64,000 bases of DNA from Tubiluchus corallicola. Its lineage: Eukaryota > Animalia > Priapulida. Below, piece after piece: positions 39,831 through 53,200 of the stretch. A program made the position numbers and the translations under genes. The notes under the pieces were generated by a model that was given only the letters and a program-made list of their open reading frames with translations, made no database searches and had not been told where the DNA came from. Numbering within the stretch: the stretch's first letter is position 1; every line of letters starts with the position of its first letter. Location of the stretch: the NCBI GenBank assembly GCA_030141605.1, contig JAQGDQ010000319.1, forward strand, positions 186,001 through 250,000, in the 5' to 3' direction.

Positions 39831-40872
39831 TTGGCCCTACATGATTTTTATCTTACGAGAATTTGTGTCCATTGTTCGTGAAATAGTTTACATTTGGTTT
39901 ATAACATTATATATAACTTGACTAAATCTTGTTTATTAATAATATATTTGCAGTTATTTATGTAAATAAACTGGTCATTTTTTTGGGATATGATTTAACA
40001 CATCTTCTTAGCTCTATATTTTTGGGATATGATTTAGCACAGCTTCTTAGCTCAATATTTTTTGGGATATGATTTAGCACATCTTTTAACCATTTAAGTT
40101 CCTCGTGCTTTCACTGATGTTCTATAAAGTACGGCGTACGGCACTCTGCACCGTGTAAATGTAACTGGTTGTGGCAGCACCGGAATTTTGCACATTATCA
40201 AGGATATCCCTCTACGATGAGATACTGAACCAACAGAGGTATTTCAGGCACGTTTGGATCTGAATGCACCCGTTCCCTGACGGTAGTGTAGGCCGACAAA
40301 ATTTATTTTAGCAGTGTTGTTGATAGGCACCCATCCATTTTCTAACCAGGCCCAATATCTTGACCTACATCTCACTATATCTTAGTTTTTATTCTTGCCG
40401 TTGTTTTAACACATAATTATATTATGTGTCATCCATATTCCATATAATTTGTGGTATTTTGATGGTTTACACGAGATTATTTGGGATAGTGTTAGCAGGG
40501 TTACCTCCCTCCCCCTGTGTGATTTGATTTAATTTGATTTAACGCTTTATTTCGAATCAAAATTCATATTTACACGCACAAAATAAAAAACAAACATAAA
40601 AAAATACATGCACCACAATCACAGTATGGTGAGGACCAGTGCAATGGGGTACCCAATCTACCCTCCTACAGACACATCTGAGTTTCGAACGTTATTAAAT
40701 CAACTTTGTCTTTTGCTGGATGACAATTCTGAGAATAAAGTATAAAGGCATAAAATTAGGTAAATTGCTAGAACGACTGTTTGCTAGAAATGTTAATAGA
40801 TTTAACAAGATGCATTTAACAACCACATAACCTTGATAATGATAATCATGGTTTAAACCTTAACATCCTTAT

Positions 40873-41188
40873 CTGTAGCGGATAGCCCTATAGGCTGAAT
40901 AGGCTGAAGCCTAAGGCCCGGGATCAAAAGGGGCCCTGCAAAATAAAACGGAAAAAAAATTTTTTTTGTAAAAAAAATAAATTGACAAAAGAGCAAGGGG
41001 CCCGCCAAAATAAAATATAGAAAAAAGTTTTTTTCAAAAGTCAGTCACTATATTTCAATTCAAGTTTACACAAATGAAGTTTACACAATTCAGTTACACA
41101 AAAACACGTCAGCTCAGCAGTGTAGCAACATTTAAAAGGCCCGTTCCAAGCTCAAGCCTAAGGCCCATAAAATCATAATCCGCCGCTG
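40873..41188 (-). mobile_element. hAT-like MITE
   Basis: Perfect 8-bp TSD ATCCTTAT (40865-40872 and 41189-41196); termini CTGTAGCGGAT ... ATCCGCCGCTG. Confidence 0.8.
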
Positions 41189-41832
41189 ATCCTTATAGAA
41201 TAAAGGTCCGAAACAGTTTTATAATGTGGCAAGAAAGGTCCTATTTTATAAGCTACGATACATAATATTACAACTTTGCATGAGTTTTGGAATGGTTTGT
41301 TACTTCGTATCTGCCCTCAGAAAATACGGTCAAATTCACCCTGGATACCATCACGTAATGGCGGCATTATAAAAATGTAAAAGCGTTTCTCATCGTAATA
41401 TTTTTTAATAATCTGCAATAACTGCTTTAGGTAACAGTCAGTAACGAAATATTTTCCACGGAAAACGTAAATTATGACTTTTAATAAATACCGGGAGACT
41501 CAAAACTAAAGAAAAATTAATAAAATGGAAAGGCGCAAGTTCAAAGAAATTGTGGATAGAAAGATCAAAGCTATAAAAAATTACCTTGGTCAATTTATAG
41601 TACCTGATGAGAGAAAAATTTTATTAGGAACGTCCGTTACCTTTAGAGCTTAGTTCAAGGTCAAAGTTCCATTACAAACACAAAATTGTAAGCTATCAAC
41701 TCAACACAGAATCGTTGCTTGGACAACTTAAAGTAGCTAATTAACCCAGTGGTGTCATCGGTGACACTTAGTGATACTTAATGTTGGGTCAGTTACAACT
41801 AAAAACGTTGTCAATCCAACCTACGTAACGCA

Positions 41833-41937
41833 GAGAGGGAGAGAAAGAAAGAGAGGGAGAGAAAGAAAGAGAGGGAGAGAAAGAAAGAGAGGGAGAGAAA
41901 GAGAGAGAGGGAGAGAGAGAGAGAGATAAGGGAGGAG

Positions 41938-41977
<40 letters not shown>

Positions 41978-41988
41978 GAGAGAGAGAA

Positions 41989-42029
<41 letters not shown>

Positions 42030-42195
42030 AAAAGAGAAAGAGAGGGAGAGAAAGAGAGTGAGAGAGAGAGAGTGAGAGAGAAAGAGAGAGAGAGGGGGGA
42101 GAGAGAGAGAGGGAGAGGGAGAGAGAGAGAGAGAGAGAAAGAGAAAGAGAGGGAGATAGAGCGGGAGAGAGAGTGAGAGAGAGATAGAGAAACCC

Positions 42196-42285
<90 letters not shown>

Positions 42286-42318
42286 GAAAGAGAGAGAGAG
42301 AAAGAGAGAAAGAGAGAG

Positions 42319-42367
<49 letters not shown>

Positions 42368-42418
42368 CCCAAAAGAGAGAGAGAGAGAGAGAGAGTGAGG
42401 GAGAGAGACAGAGAGAGC
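41833..42418. repeat. ~585-bp (GA)n-rich polypurine tract
   Basis: Direct observation; source of the SLSL ORFs. Confidence 0.95.
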
Positions 42419-43354
42419 GTGAACGACGGTGTAGCTGTAGTGATATACTATACTGTTAGGTAATTATATAAAATTTATCTTATATTGCCATGAAACTTTT
42501 ATAGAAATATTTGTTTAATAACTTTAATTATTGGTATTATTTAGGTTATTAAAGACGACGTCGTTTTTCCAAGAGTCACTAAAACGTGTCATTTTATAAA
42601 CATTTCAAATTATCACATTATTTCGTAACACCTTTTCAAGAATTACATGCATAGGCGAATGTTTAATTTCCAAATTTCGTTTGTCTAAATTCTGGCAAAC
42701 TGCGTTCATACTAACCGATAATATGATGCAGTTCCGTTTTCGTTTCATTGATGCCAAGTTTAAAAAATTATTCCGAATTATGGCCGGATTTCAAAATTCT
42801 TAAAATCTATCCATAAAAATTATTATTGAAGAACGCGTGGCATTTCGTATGCATTTTGTTAAACCCAGCAAAATACGTGCATCTACGAAAAAGCCGGTAT
42901 ATAATAAACTTTTCAAAGAGGACGAACAGAATAGTTTATTACACCTGGAACAGCAGTGCCTAGATATTCTACGTATCTACAGCAGTAAGTATGTACACCC
43001 CGTTAAGTAACCAGTCCTCTTCGTAACTTCGTAATAGGACCTGTATTATTGTTTGAAGATCCATATCATTCTTATTCAGTATTTTACCAATTTTTATCAA
43101 TGTTTAACTGCTGTATTTTGACAAAAGTGAGGCTAAATTCGTTAAATGACCAATTAACGTAACTCCCTCCTTTGAGAGTTACCTAGATACGCCCCTTTTG
43201 CCGCAGTCTATTATAATAATACCTTCACGTACAGTATGCATTGTAAAAATGTAGAACTGCTTCACATATTTTATAGTATTTTGTTAGAATCTATTAAACA
43301 ACAAATAAGTAAAATTTATGCGTTTCTTCGAACTCCAGAGAAAAACCAGAAAAT

Positions 43355-43493
43355 ATGGATTCCTTGAAGCGAAATGATTTGTATTTAAATAGCGGAGAAA
43401 CTCAAGATGCCATATCACGTTGCAAGCTGGATAGACGAGCTTTTGAAAGGGAACAGAAAGAAATAGAGAAAACAGAAGTAAAAAGATTCAGAG
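43355..43493 (+). CDS. candidate upstream coding exon of the EGF-domain gene
   Basis: ATG at 43355; donor AGAG|gtaagc (phase 1) joins in frame to acceptor tttcag|AA at 44407, giving ...KRFR-E-QTKMLNDF. Confidence 0.4.
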
Positions 43494-43858
43494 GTAAGCA
43501 TTTCAAGTCATTCTTTTGTTCAAAGTTGTTATTCTTAGTTGTAGTGAGTGAAATGACTTTGGAATTGTTTTCAGTTCCATGTATATATATATATATAATA
43601 ATATCACAATGATATTATAATAATATATAATAATGGTGATATTATCTTTCATAATACAACAATATTATCTGTCGCACGTAATTAATGGCAAAACAAAAAA
43701 CAACAATAACCAAATTAAGTAATTCAATTGTCATCAGGTAGTAAAAAGGCATCGCAAAATATTCCCTTTCCTTATTTCTTCTTTCTTTCAATTCTTTGTA
43801 CAACATATTGATCATATAACATTGGTCTTTCAGCAATGACGTCACGTATTACAGTTAA

Positions 43859-44308
43859 AGGACAAGAAAGGCCTAGTTAAAGCAAGTTATAAAATTTTCC
43901 CTAAAGAATTATAACGGTTAGAGGCAATCTTAAGCGTTTATCATACTCACCCTGAAAGAATTTCCTGTTTGTTTTCATTTTAAATCCTTCCGCGAGACTG
44001 TCACGGCGGCGCCATATTAGATGGCGTCACAGAACCACCACACAAATCTTTATAGTGCACGTGCTCAGAACTCACTGCGACTGTGTTCGAATGACGTCAT
44101 GCCACGTGATCAGTCACATGCTGGCTTTTCAATTGGCGGACTAAATGAAACAATGATGTCCACGCCAACTTTTACTGCAGTATTTGAAATAGTTTACAAA
44201 AATTGGAGTAAATGCTAAAACTTTATTCGCTTACGATTATACTTAGGTGATATAATTTTTTATTGCGAATTTTTTGAGGCTTACTTTGGTTGGCCATTTT
44301 CTTGTCCT
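43859..44308. mobile_element. Kolobok-like MITE
   Basis: TTAA|AGGACAAGAAA ... TTTCTTGTCCT|TTAA: perfect TIR and TTAA TSD. Confidence 0.8.
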
Positions 44309-44417
44309 TTAACGTTAGTTTGTATTGAGGTCATTGTATTGTAATTACTCTTAATTCTTCGTTAAATCAACGCCTGGACTAATGCCGAGTCTTTATACAG
44401 TTTCAGAACAAACAAAA

Positions 44418-46384
44418 ATGTTGAACGACTTTGCAGCATTCCTTCTATTGTCTGTGATTAACGCAGCAGTAGCAGCACCAACAGCACCTGCAACTACAAC
44501 AATCATAGAAAGACCCATTCCTCTTTGGTATCAGCTGGGAGTCCCTTTTCATCTCACTCAGTTTACGGGAGCTGATTATCGTCGAGGTCACTTTTACGAT
44601 CCAACGAAGCCATTGAAAGTGGAGGTGGATTCCGGTCCAAAACAACCACCGTACATTGGAGGAAACTTTGGACTTGATCCACTTGGAAAGGTTTACAATC
44701 CATATAACTCACCTCCACTATCGTATGGAGCAGGAAAAGGCGTCAGTCTTGCCGACTTTGCCGGTTTTGGACGCCCGGGTATTGGAGATTTATTTCAAGG
44801 TAAGACAACATACGAAAAGGTGCTTGTCACGGTATTACGTAATATCGTTTAATAATTTATTAAAACGATGTGAATTACATGCTGTTGTTGTAATACTATA
44901 ATGCAGTGTATCCCAAACTTTCTCGGACCGTTACCCAAATCGGGAAACCCGGTCGTGTCCGTTACCCCCCACCTAGTACTACTTCTCCAACTCAAAAAGT
45001 AAACACACGTATATGCCACATGTGATGGAATGATGGACCCCATGACACAGTGTTGCCTGCCGGAGGCAGTCTCTTCAAGAAGAAAACTACGTAAAATGCA
45101 TTCCGAGCGAAGTTTTAAAAATTAACGGTGCCCGTTACCCCCCCCCCCTAAAAAAACCATATTACCCCCGGGGGTAATTTACCCCTACTTTGGGAACCAC
45201 TGCTATAATGTGACAACTTTTCTCAAATTAACTGGCAATTAACGACATCCCTAATTAAATTAATGACTGAACGTTAATAAACTTTTGCGGTTTATTTTGC
45301 AAAAACTGTTACCCATTACGGGTAATGAGTTGAAGAAAGAAAAACGCTGAAAAAACTGTGAACCAGTCGGGATTCCTAGGCCTAATCATAGGTCTCGGGT
45401 TCAAATACCGACTGGTTTACAATTTTTCAACGTCTCGTCTCTTGTTTCAACTCATTACCAGCAATGGGTAAAAATGTTGAAAATAAATTGCAATGGCTCA
45501 TCAAAATTCTCGCATTTACAGTTATAATCTAATTAGTGATAAAAATCTGTGGTAAATAATCCATATATTTATAACCAATGATGGAAATCACTTGACATTA
45601 AATTCTGTTTTTTATCTCTTGTAAGATAGTATAACTGTACTACATTTAAACTCCAGAACATCAAATATGTTTAATATGCAGCAATTGTCGTTTTATCTGT
45701 AATAATAAATTACAGCAATAAGTTTTTAGCGAAAAACATAAGTTTGATAAAGGTACATTACTAAATTAGGTAACGTGATTTTCGTCTATAATTATACAAA
45801 AAAATAACAGCGAAATTGTTCTAATAGCATAAAGCAGTTCAGTAAACATAATTTGACACTTACATGTGGTCTCCCTGAGTTTTGGCACTTATAACTTGCA
45901 AAAAAAACAATAGAAATCAACTACAACATTCACATCGTATCAATTGAATTGCATGTCAGGTAATGTCTACCTGGCCAACTACCTGGTCACATGACTGATG
46001 ACAGTTAAAGGGGCAAGACCAAATTTACCAGGTAGGGAAACGGGCATGCACATAACAATAACTTACTTTAGAACAGACCTTTTTATCATTACTTTGTAGA
46101 AAATTCAAATTAAATTGGAACTTTGTTTTGTTATCCAAAATTTAAGCTTTTATTTTTTCACAGATTCCAACTGCAAACTGCCGTGTCAAAATGGCGGATT
46201 CTGCAACGACTATGATCTAGTTCAAGTTTGCGTCTGTCCGCTCAATTTTGGTGGAATTCTTTGCGAGATCAACAAAGATGTCGGCTACGGTGTCGAGTCT
46301 GCAGTGGGTCCTCTGAGGGTGGTTGCAGAAGCAGCGGTTGGAGGCGGTTGGAGGAGAGGACGTAGAAGTGGAAGGAGGGGTTAA
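44418..46384 (+). CDS. small secreted protein, 200 aa: signal peptide, Pro/Gly/Tyr-rich region, one EGF-like domain, Arg/Gly basic tail
   Basis: Exons 44418-44799 (CAAG|gtaaga) and 46164-46384 (ttcacag|), phase 1; EGF pattern C-KLPC-QNGGFC-(8)-CVC-PLNFGGILC-E; AATAAA at 46406-46411. Confidence 0.8.
44904..45202 (+). mobile_element. hAT (Charlie-like) MITE, copy 1
   Basis: TIRs CAGTGTATCCCAAA ... TTTGGGAACCACTG; perfect 8-bp TSD CTATAATG. Confidence 0.9.
45285..45494. repeat. ~210-bp imperfect palindrome with a tRNA B-box-like centre
   Basis: ~90-bp arms (TTACCCATTACGGGTAATGAGTTGAA...AACCAGTCGG versus CCGACTGGTT...TTCAACTCATTACCAGCAATGGGTAA); GGTTCAAATACC at the centre. Confidence 0.75.
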
Positions 46385-46880
46385 TCGAAGTCATCAAGTT
46401 TTGCAAATAAAGTGATTAATCGACTTTGATGCACTTAACTGTGATAGACGTAAATTTAAGTTATTTACGTTTTTTTCTATTTCTTAGCACAGTGGAATGT
46501 GATAGCGATACAGGCAAACGGAAATACAGGATCTTACAATTTTAACTCATTATGAATTATGTCAATTTATGTATTGTTACTGTAACTTTATGCATTAACA
46601 TGGAAAAGTTAGAGATGTGAATGACAATACTTGTTTTAAGTGCAATTATTTTTACTCTCCTTTATATAGCATAAGGTGCAATTCTTACATCTGCAAATGT
46701 TTTTATTTAATTTTAAATACGTAAACTAATTATTTATTTATTTATTTTGTAAGCACTCTACATGTAGTATTTATTAATGCTTTAAAAAATTGTGTATCTA
46801 ATAGACTTTGTTCGAATAAATACCCGTGATTAGCGAATTTTGGAATTATCAAGTGAATTTTTGTCAATGTCAGTTACTAA

Positions 46881-47577
46881 GGGCGCGTTCAGACTATGGA
46901 GTTTTTTAGCCGAGTTATACGTAAGCTTGTTCACACTAGAGAGAAAAACTAGAGAGAAAAGCTCTAGTGCGAGCTGACACTCAATTCTCTGTTCATTGCA
47001 AGAAACTCGCCAAGTAACTCGGCGAGGCGTTCACACTAGACAGTAACTCGCAGGAAATCAACTAACAGCAACTGTTGGAGAGCTTGCAATAAGCTACCAT
47101 CAGTAACTCGCCGAGGCGTTCACACTAGACAGTAACTCGCAGGACATCAACTAACAGCAACTGTTGGAGAGCTTGCAATAAGCTACCATCAGTAACTCGC
47201 TGAGGCGTTGACACTAGACAGTAACTCGCCGAGGCGTTCACACTAGTCAGTAACTCCCGAGGCGTTCACACTAGACAGTAACTCGCCGAGGCGTTCACAC
47301 TAGTCAGTAACTCCCGAGGCGTTCACACTAGTCAGTAACTCCCGAGGCGTTCACACTAGACAGTAACTCGTCGAGGCGTTCACACCAGGCAGTAACTCGT
47401 CGAGGCGTTCACACCTGGCAGTAACTCGTCGAGGCGTTCACACCAGGCAGTAACTCGTCGAGGCGTTCACACCAGGCAGTAACTCGCCGAGGCGTTCACA
47501 CGAGGCAGTAACTCGTCGAGGCGTTCACACCAGGCAGTAACTCGCCGAGGCGTTCATACTAGACAGTAACTCACCGG
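46881..47577 (+). mobile_element. left part of a Harbinger/PIF-like non-autonomous element with internal 29-bp tandem repeats
   Basis: TAA|GGGCGCGTTCAGACT terminus; (CAGTAACTCGCCGAGGCGTTCACACTAGA)n. Confidence 0.65.
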
Positions 47578-47916
47578 GCGCAAAGTTTCATGGAAATCGG
47601 TTCAGTAACTAATTTTTGCTAACGAAAAGAAAAACAAAACGAACAAACAAACAGACAAACAAACGACGATGAGAAAACATAACTTTAGGGGAGCTAAAAA
47701 TTAGAAATAATTTCATAGCCCCTGAAACTCATAACAAACGTTTACAGAATTTTAACTAGTTATTTTATTCACACATTTTCTCTGTTGGTGTAAAAATTGT
47801 TTTAGATGAAATAAATTTGTGTACTTTATATACGTTTAGCTTTAGATACACTTGATATATAAGAATCTCAAACTGCTTTTAACTTTTGGCACACCTTTTA
47901 ATTTTGTAACTAAACC

Positions 47917-48013
47917 AACGCCGGTTCTCGCCTGATCACCGAAGTTAAGCAACGCAGAGCCCGGTTAGTACTTGGATGGGTGACCGGCTAGGAATACCAG
48001 GTGCTGTAGGCTT
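47917..48013 (+). rRNA. truncated 5S rRNA-derived sequence (SINE head)
   Basis: CCGGTTCTCGCCTGATCACCGAAGTTAAGCAACGCAGAGCCCGGTTAGTACTTGGATGGGTGACCGGCTAGGAATACCAGGTGCTGTAGGCTT. Confidence 0.8.
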
Positions 48014-48443
48014 GCGGGATGCCCACACTGTATCTCGACACTAGGCGGAGGAGCTGTACAAGCAGCCAACGGCTAGAGGGCGGAGGAGGTCAAGTGACCC
48101 AACAGCCATGTGTAGAGGAGTAAACCTTCCAAATCGGGAGTGGAGCCCCGAAAGCGGACCAGTGCAGCATGCTCACTCACTCCTGCAGGCAATCTGGTGC
48201 CAAACGTATCGCTCCGCTTTCCAATGGACTACACCAGGGAGGAAGAGAGGGGGTTCCTGTTGTCTGGGCAACTCAGGATCTCCATACACTTTGCCCAGGC
48301 GTGCGCCCTGGAGACGTTCAAGGATCGGACAGCTCAGCCACAGTCGACGCTGCAGCTCCATCAATGTGATCAATAACTGACTCTCTTGGCGCACACTCCA
48401 CTGTCTTCTGAGACAGAAGGATGCCAACCAACCAAACCAACCA
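47917..48443 (+). mobile_element. 5S rRNA-derived SINE, 5'-truncated copy, immediately past the sGC stop codon
   Basis: 5S head lacking ~20 5' nt, body homologous to 33993-34407, (CCAA)n tail. Confidence 0.85.
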
Positions 48444-48474
48444 GTAATGGAAACATCGTAAAAGTTACATATCA

Positions 48475-50066
48475 CTACAAAATCATACAAGTAACACTAT
48501 TCTTTTTTAATCTACCTCTAACGCTCTGTCTGGTGTGATTTTTGACTGGCAAGCATCCAAACCCTTTCACAATACCAACTTGAACAGGTTTGGCATTATT
48601 TGCATTCGAGTTAGTAGTGTTATTCTTGGATGAATTGTCTGTGGTTGTGATCTTCTCTCGAGCAGTAGCGCCTAGCGAGTGATTAGCGCATTCACCGCCA
48701 GATGGCTTCTCGTCTATATGGCTGTCCGATGCGTTGCTGGGTGGACGGGATATGTGAGGTGCTAGGCGGCACCCCGTCGTGCTGTATTGACGTAAAATAA
48801 CGGAATCACCCTCTACAACTATGGCGTCCATTGGCAGGGGGGGCTGAAAAATATAGATATCATCACAGTGTTGACTTTTGGTTAAAGGTCCTATCACACT
48901 ATTTTTTATGTTATTTTCTATTATAGCATAGGCGGAGTTATATGTTTCCTAATTTTTAAAACAGTTTTGATGTATGCTTTCATGTGATATGGTAAGTTAA
49001 ATTAAGCGTTGGTACAGTCGCAAATATTGTCACCCGCCATGACACTCAGCACTGTGACGTCACGTAAGTACCACTGCACTCTTCCTACATATAAATACAG
49101 CGAGAGTCACACATGCGCAGTGCCATTCCTAACGGGACGTCACTTCCTCTTTCTTCCTCGATTTTTCGTTTTTCGCAAGATGTCTGTACTACGCTGAATT
49201 TGAAGTGTTTCAATGCTAATCAAAGCGAAACGAGCAAGTTTAGATAAAAATGTTATAAAAAAACAAGAAATAATTACATTTTGAAAAAATATTTTAGCCG
49301 CTTTTGCTTTTTTCTTTATCATTTAAACACTAATATGATTAGGGGAACGATGACCGCCTCATATTAGATTAATAATTCTTACCACGTCAGCTAAGGTAGC
49401 GCCTCCTGGACTTTTATTTCGTGCCGTATCTGATGACCTTGAAGAAGCTGAATCCACTCGCAGAAGCTGTCCTTGCTCTTCTATGAAACTTATTTCTGGT
49501 TTCTGAAAATCCTGCTTTGTAACAAAGAAGCATTCAATAGACGGGGGTACCGACTTGGGATTTGCCTCAAACGTGTATCCGTTCAACTGTAGACATCTGT
49601 AAATTAAACGCGTCTACAAAAATGATTTGCTAACAATTCAAGATATTTTTAATTTTAAACAGACATCGACCCCATTGTACAGTCAAAATTGATTGCAAGA
49701 AACAATTTTATGTTACCGTTTAATTAAGAATAGCCTTATTATTTGATAAAAATAAAAATGTCAAACAAAAGATTAAAATAAAAAGTTGGCTACATTATAC
49801 TCGATTAAATTTAAATATGGTTGTACTGTAGATGTAAACGAAAATGTAAAATTAAAGGTTAAGAACTCATTTAAAGATTATGTTTTAAGATATCTATTAT
49901 AGCTCCTTACAACACTGTATACAGTAAAATAATTACAAGGGAACTACAATGTGTGGTTGTTATAAAGTTGAATGTCTGTAGATATGTTACTTTACTAACA
50001 TCGCATTACCTGTTTTACTAACATCTTTATCTTTGTAAACTGTATATTTCTATACGAAATAAACTC

Positions 50067-50103
<37 letters not shown>

Positions 50104-50119
50104 TAATAATAATATTATT

Positions 50120-50215
<96 letters not shown>

Positions 50216-53200
50216 GAAAATGATGATGATGATGACGATGACGATGACAATAATAATAATAATAATTAATACCTGCGACAATCAGCACTAATGTTGACCC
50301 GCATCGGCAAGCTGTTCTCTTCCACTTTGTTTGCTATGGTTCTCGCGTGACCAAAGAGGCAATATTTTGGCATGTTGAGACCAACTATTCCAGCTGCTAC
50401 GGAACCGGAATGAATACCGACTCGTAACTACAGAAAGGCATAGAAAGGTAATAGTTTTATTATTATCTTTAAAAACACACTTACAGGTTTGCTTGTAATT
50501 GTAAGGGTCTAATAAAGTTAATAACAATGAAAACCAGGAGACAGTTTCGTTAAAGGAAAACCGGATGATGTGTAAACATGAGTTCAGAATAAAAAATGCT
50601 CTAAAATATTGAAAACTACAATAGCTTATTTTAAATCAAAGCTTAGATTAAATAATGATTACCTCGGATACTCAAATTTCGTTAAACTTTCAAAGCTACG
50701 CGCAGCTCAGTGAATCTACTAAGACTGGCAACGGCGCCTTTTTTGTCACATTCGCGTGGCTGACAAATAGAAGGCGATACCGTTATACCGTTTATAACCA
50801 TGATTATGAACTGCAGTGTTAGTTTCTGACGTCATATGACGTAGAGTCCATTTTCGTGACATCATGCGTTTAAGCAGTACTGTAACACTCACGCAAACGT
50901 GCTTGACGCGCAAGGGGAGATGCCTACCATTGCACAAACTGTGGTTAGCTTCTGACGTAAGCAATAACTGTGTTCGGTTGCCGTTAATTAACCTTCTAAG
51001 CTAATTATTCAAATATAAGGAACAATTGTTAACTTTTTTAGGCAAGAAAACGTATATTTTGCACAGTAAATTAAAATGAGATTGAGTCTAAACAATCCTC
51101 CGGTCTTCCGTTAAGTTAGAGACTTGGTTATTGCGGGTTTAGTGACAAATTCATCGAAACATTTAAAACCTAGTTGCAGTTTTTATTAGCATCAACCACA
51201 TTTTATATACGAACAAAGTTACATCGTGCCCTGAACAGCCAATGAGAGTGTTGGAAAAGTAAGCAAAACAAACACAAACACATGAAAACAAACACATAGA
51301 CACACGATGCTGGAACTACGCTGTTCGATTTTTTTAAAGTGAGTAGACGATTGTATGAGTGATCGTACTTGAATGTATGAGTGATCGTACTTGAATGTAT
51401 GAGTGATCGTACTTGAATGTATGAGTCATCGTACTGGAATGTATGAGTCATCGTACTTGAATGTATGAGTCATCGTACTTGAATGTATGAGTGATCGTAC
51501 TTGAATGTATGAGTCATCGTACTTGAATGTATGAGTCATCGTACTTGAATGTATGAGTGATCGTACTTGAATGTATGAGTGATCGTACTTGAATGTATGA
51601 GTCATCGTACTTGAATGTATGAGTAATCGTACTTGAATGGAGTTTTCATCAACAGGCGATAATATTTCACTACACGCAGCCACCATCCCCATTCCTAGTG
51701 AAACACTCTGGTCAGCGTGAGTTTCTGTGGTCATCACTAATCCAGCCACCGCCATGTATGCGTCTCCAATCGTTTCTACCTAAACAAGTTTATGTTTCGG
51801 TTTAAACATAATTTATTGAAGGTGTAACATCTAGGTTCGAAACAGACAGTTTTACAACTGATATATGTTTTTCCCTAGTGGGAGCGAAATGCTAGACAGA
51901 TGCAGAACAATGGTGACCACAATGTACGAGAAATATTGCAATAAATATGATCATTACTATGTAACAAGAGTAACAAAGTCAATACTATTTAAAGCACTTA
52001 GTGTTTGAAATAAAAGACTGCAGTAAAACAAAAATTTGAGTGTTCACATAGTTATCTAGGGCATGGTTCACATGCAGGAACAAACGTACAAGTTCATTTG
52101 TTGCAAGACTGTAAACATTGAAAGCAGAGATTTGTAAATAAGTCGTGTCTGACCTGGTGATGAAGTTTATGTTTTCAGCGATGTTGATACTTAAATCTTA
52201 AACTAAACAATTGACAATTGAGATAACCATACACAGAAATACATATTTTCAAATATGTATTTGAACCAGCTTTTAATTTGTTTTAGTGCAAAAACGCGTT
52301 TTCCGGATGGCTGGGTGATTGAAAATGAATTTAAATTGATTAAAAGCATTAATTAGCTACCTTGTAGAGATCGTTGATTTGGCAGAGTGTGTCGAAGTAG
52401 ACATACATTTTGTTCAGCAGCACCACAATGTCTATTGGCTTCACGCTCTCAGAACTACACATCGCCGTGAAGCCAACAATGTCAGAAAACAGAATCGTCA
52501 CAAGTTCAAACTGATCCGGCTCGACGACGCTATGGGCCAACAGTTTCCCCACGACAGGAGACGGCAGAATTTGCTGAAGCAAAGCCTCGGTGCGAAGTTT
52601 CTCGAACTCCAACTGACCACTAAGAATCCTCAATTCGTTGTTGGCTTCTTCCAAGCGTTCCATGATCTGTCTATCCATCCTTCTGTCGTGGCTGATCAGA
52701 AGCAAATCTCTTACCTTGTCGTGTAGAGGAAAGTCGCTCAGATGAAGCCCATTTCTAAGGAGTTCATCAAGAGAATTCATGCGAGGAGAGCAAAGAAACA
52801 GGACGCAGTCTACCTCCTTGAGGAAGACCATTTCTCCCTTGAGACGAAGAAACGTCCGATTCGACGGCGCGTCTTGGTTACCTGTTTCTTGTGACTGAAA
52901 GCAACATTTTTTTAGCTCGACAACAAAAACAGCATGACTGTGCATAATCATGGACTCAAACATGCCGTCTGAACGTGGTCGAACTATGGTACAGACTTCT
53001 GAGAACAAGACACGCTTTAAGGACTCCCGAGATCCCACAATGAGACGGCTGAAATAAGTCCCAGCTTGAATTATTTCCATATTACGATTGACAATGAAAG
53101 AGAAAGGGAAGATTTGGTTGAACACGTTGATATTCAGACACAGATCTTTAGGATCACTTGTGGGAAAGGCTATAGAAGGCCCGATAGATTGGAGTAGACT

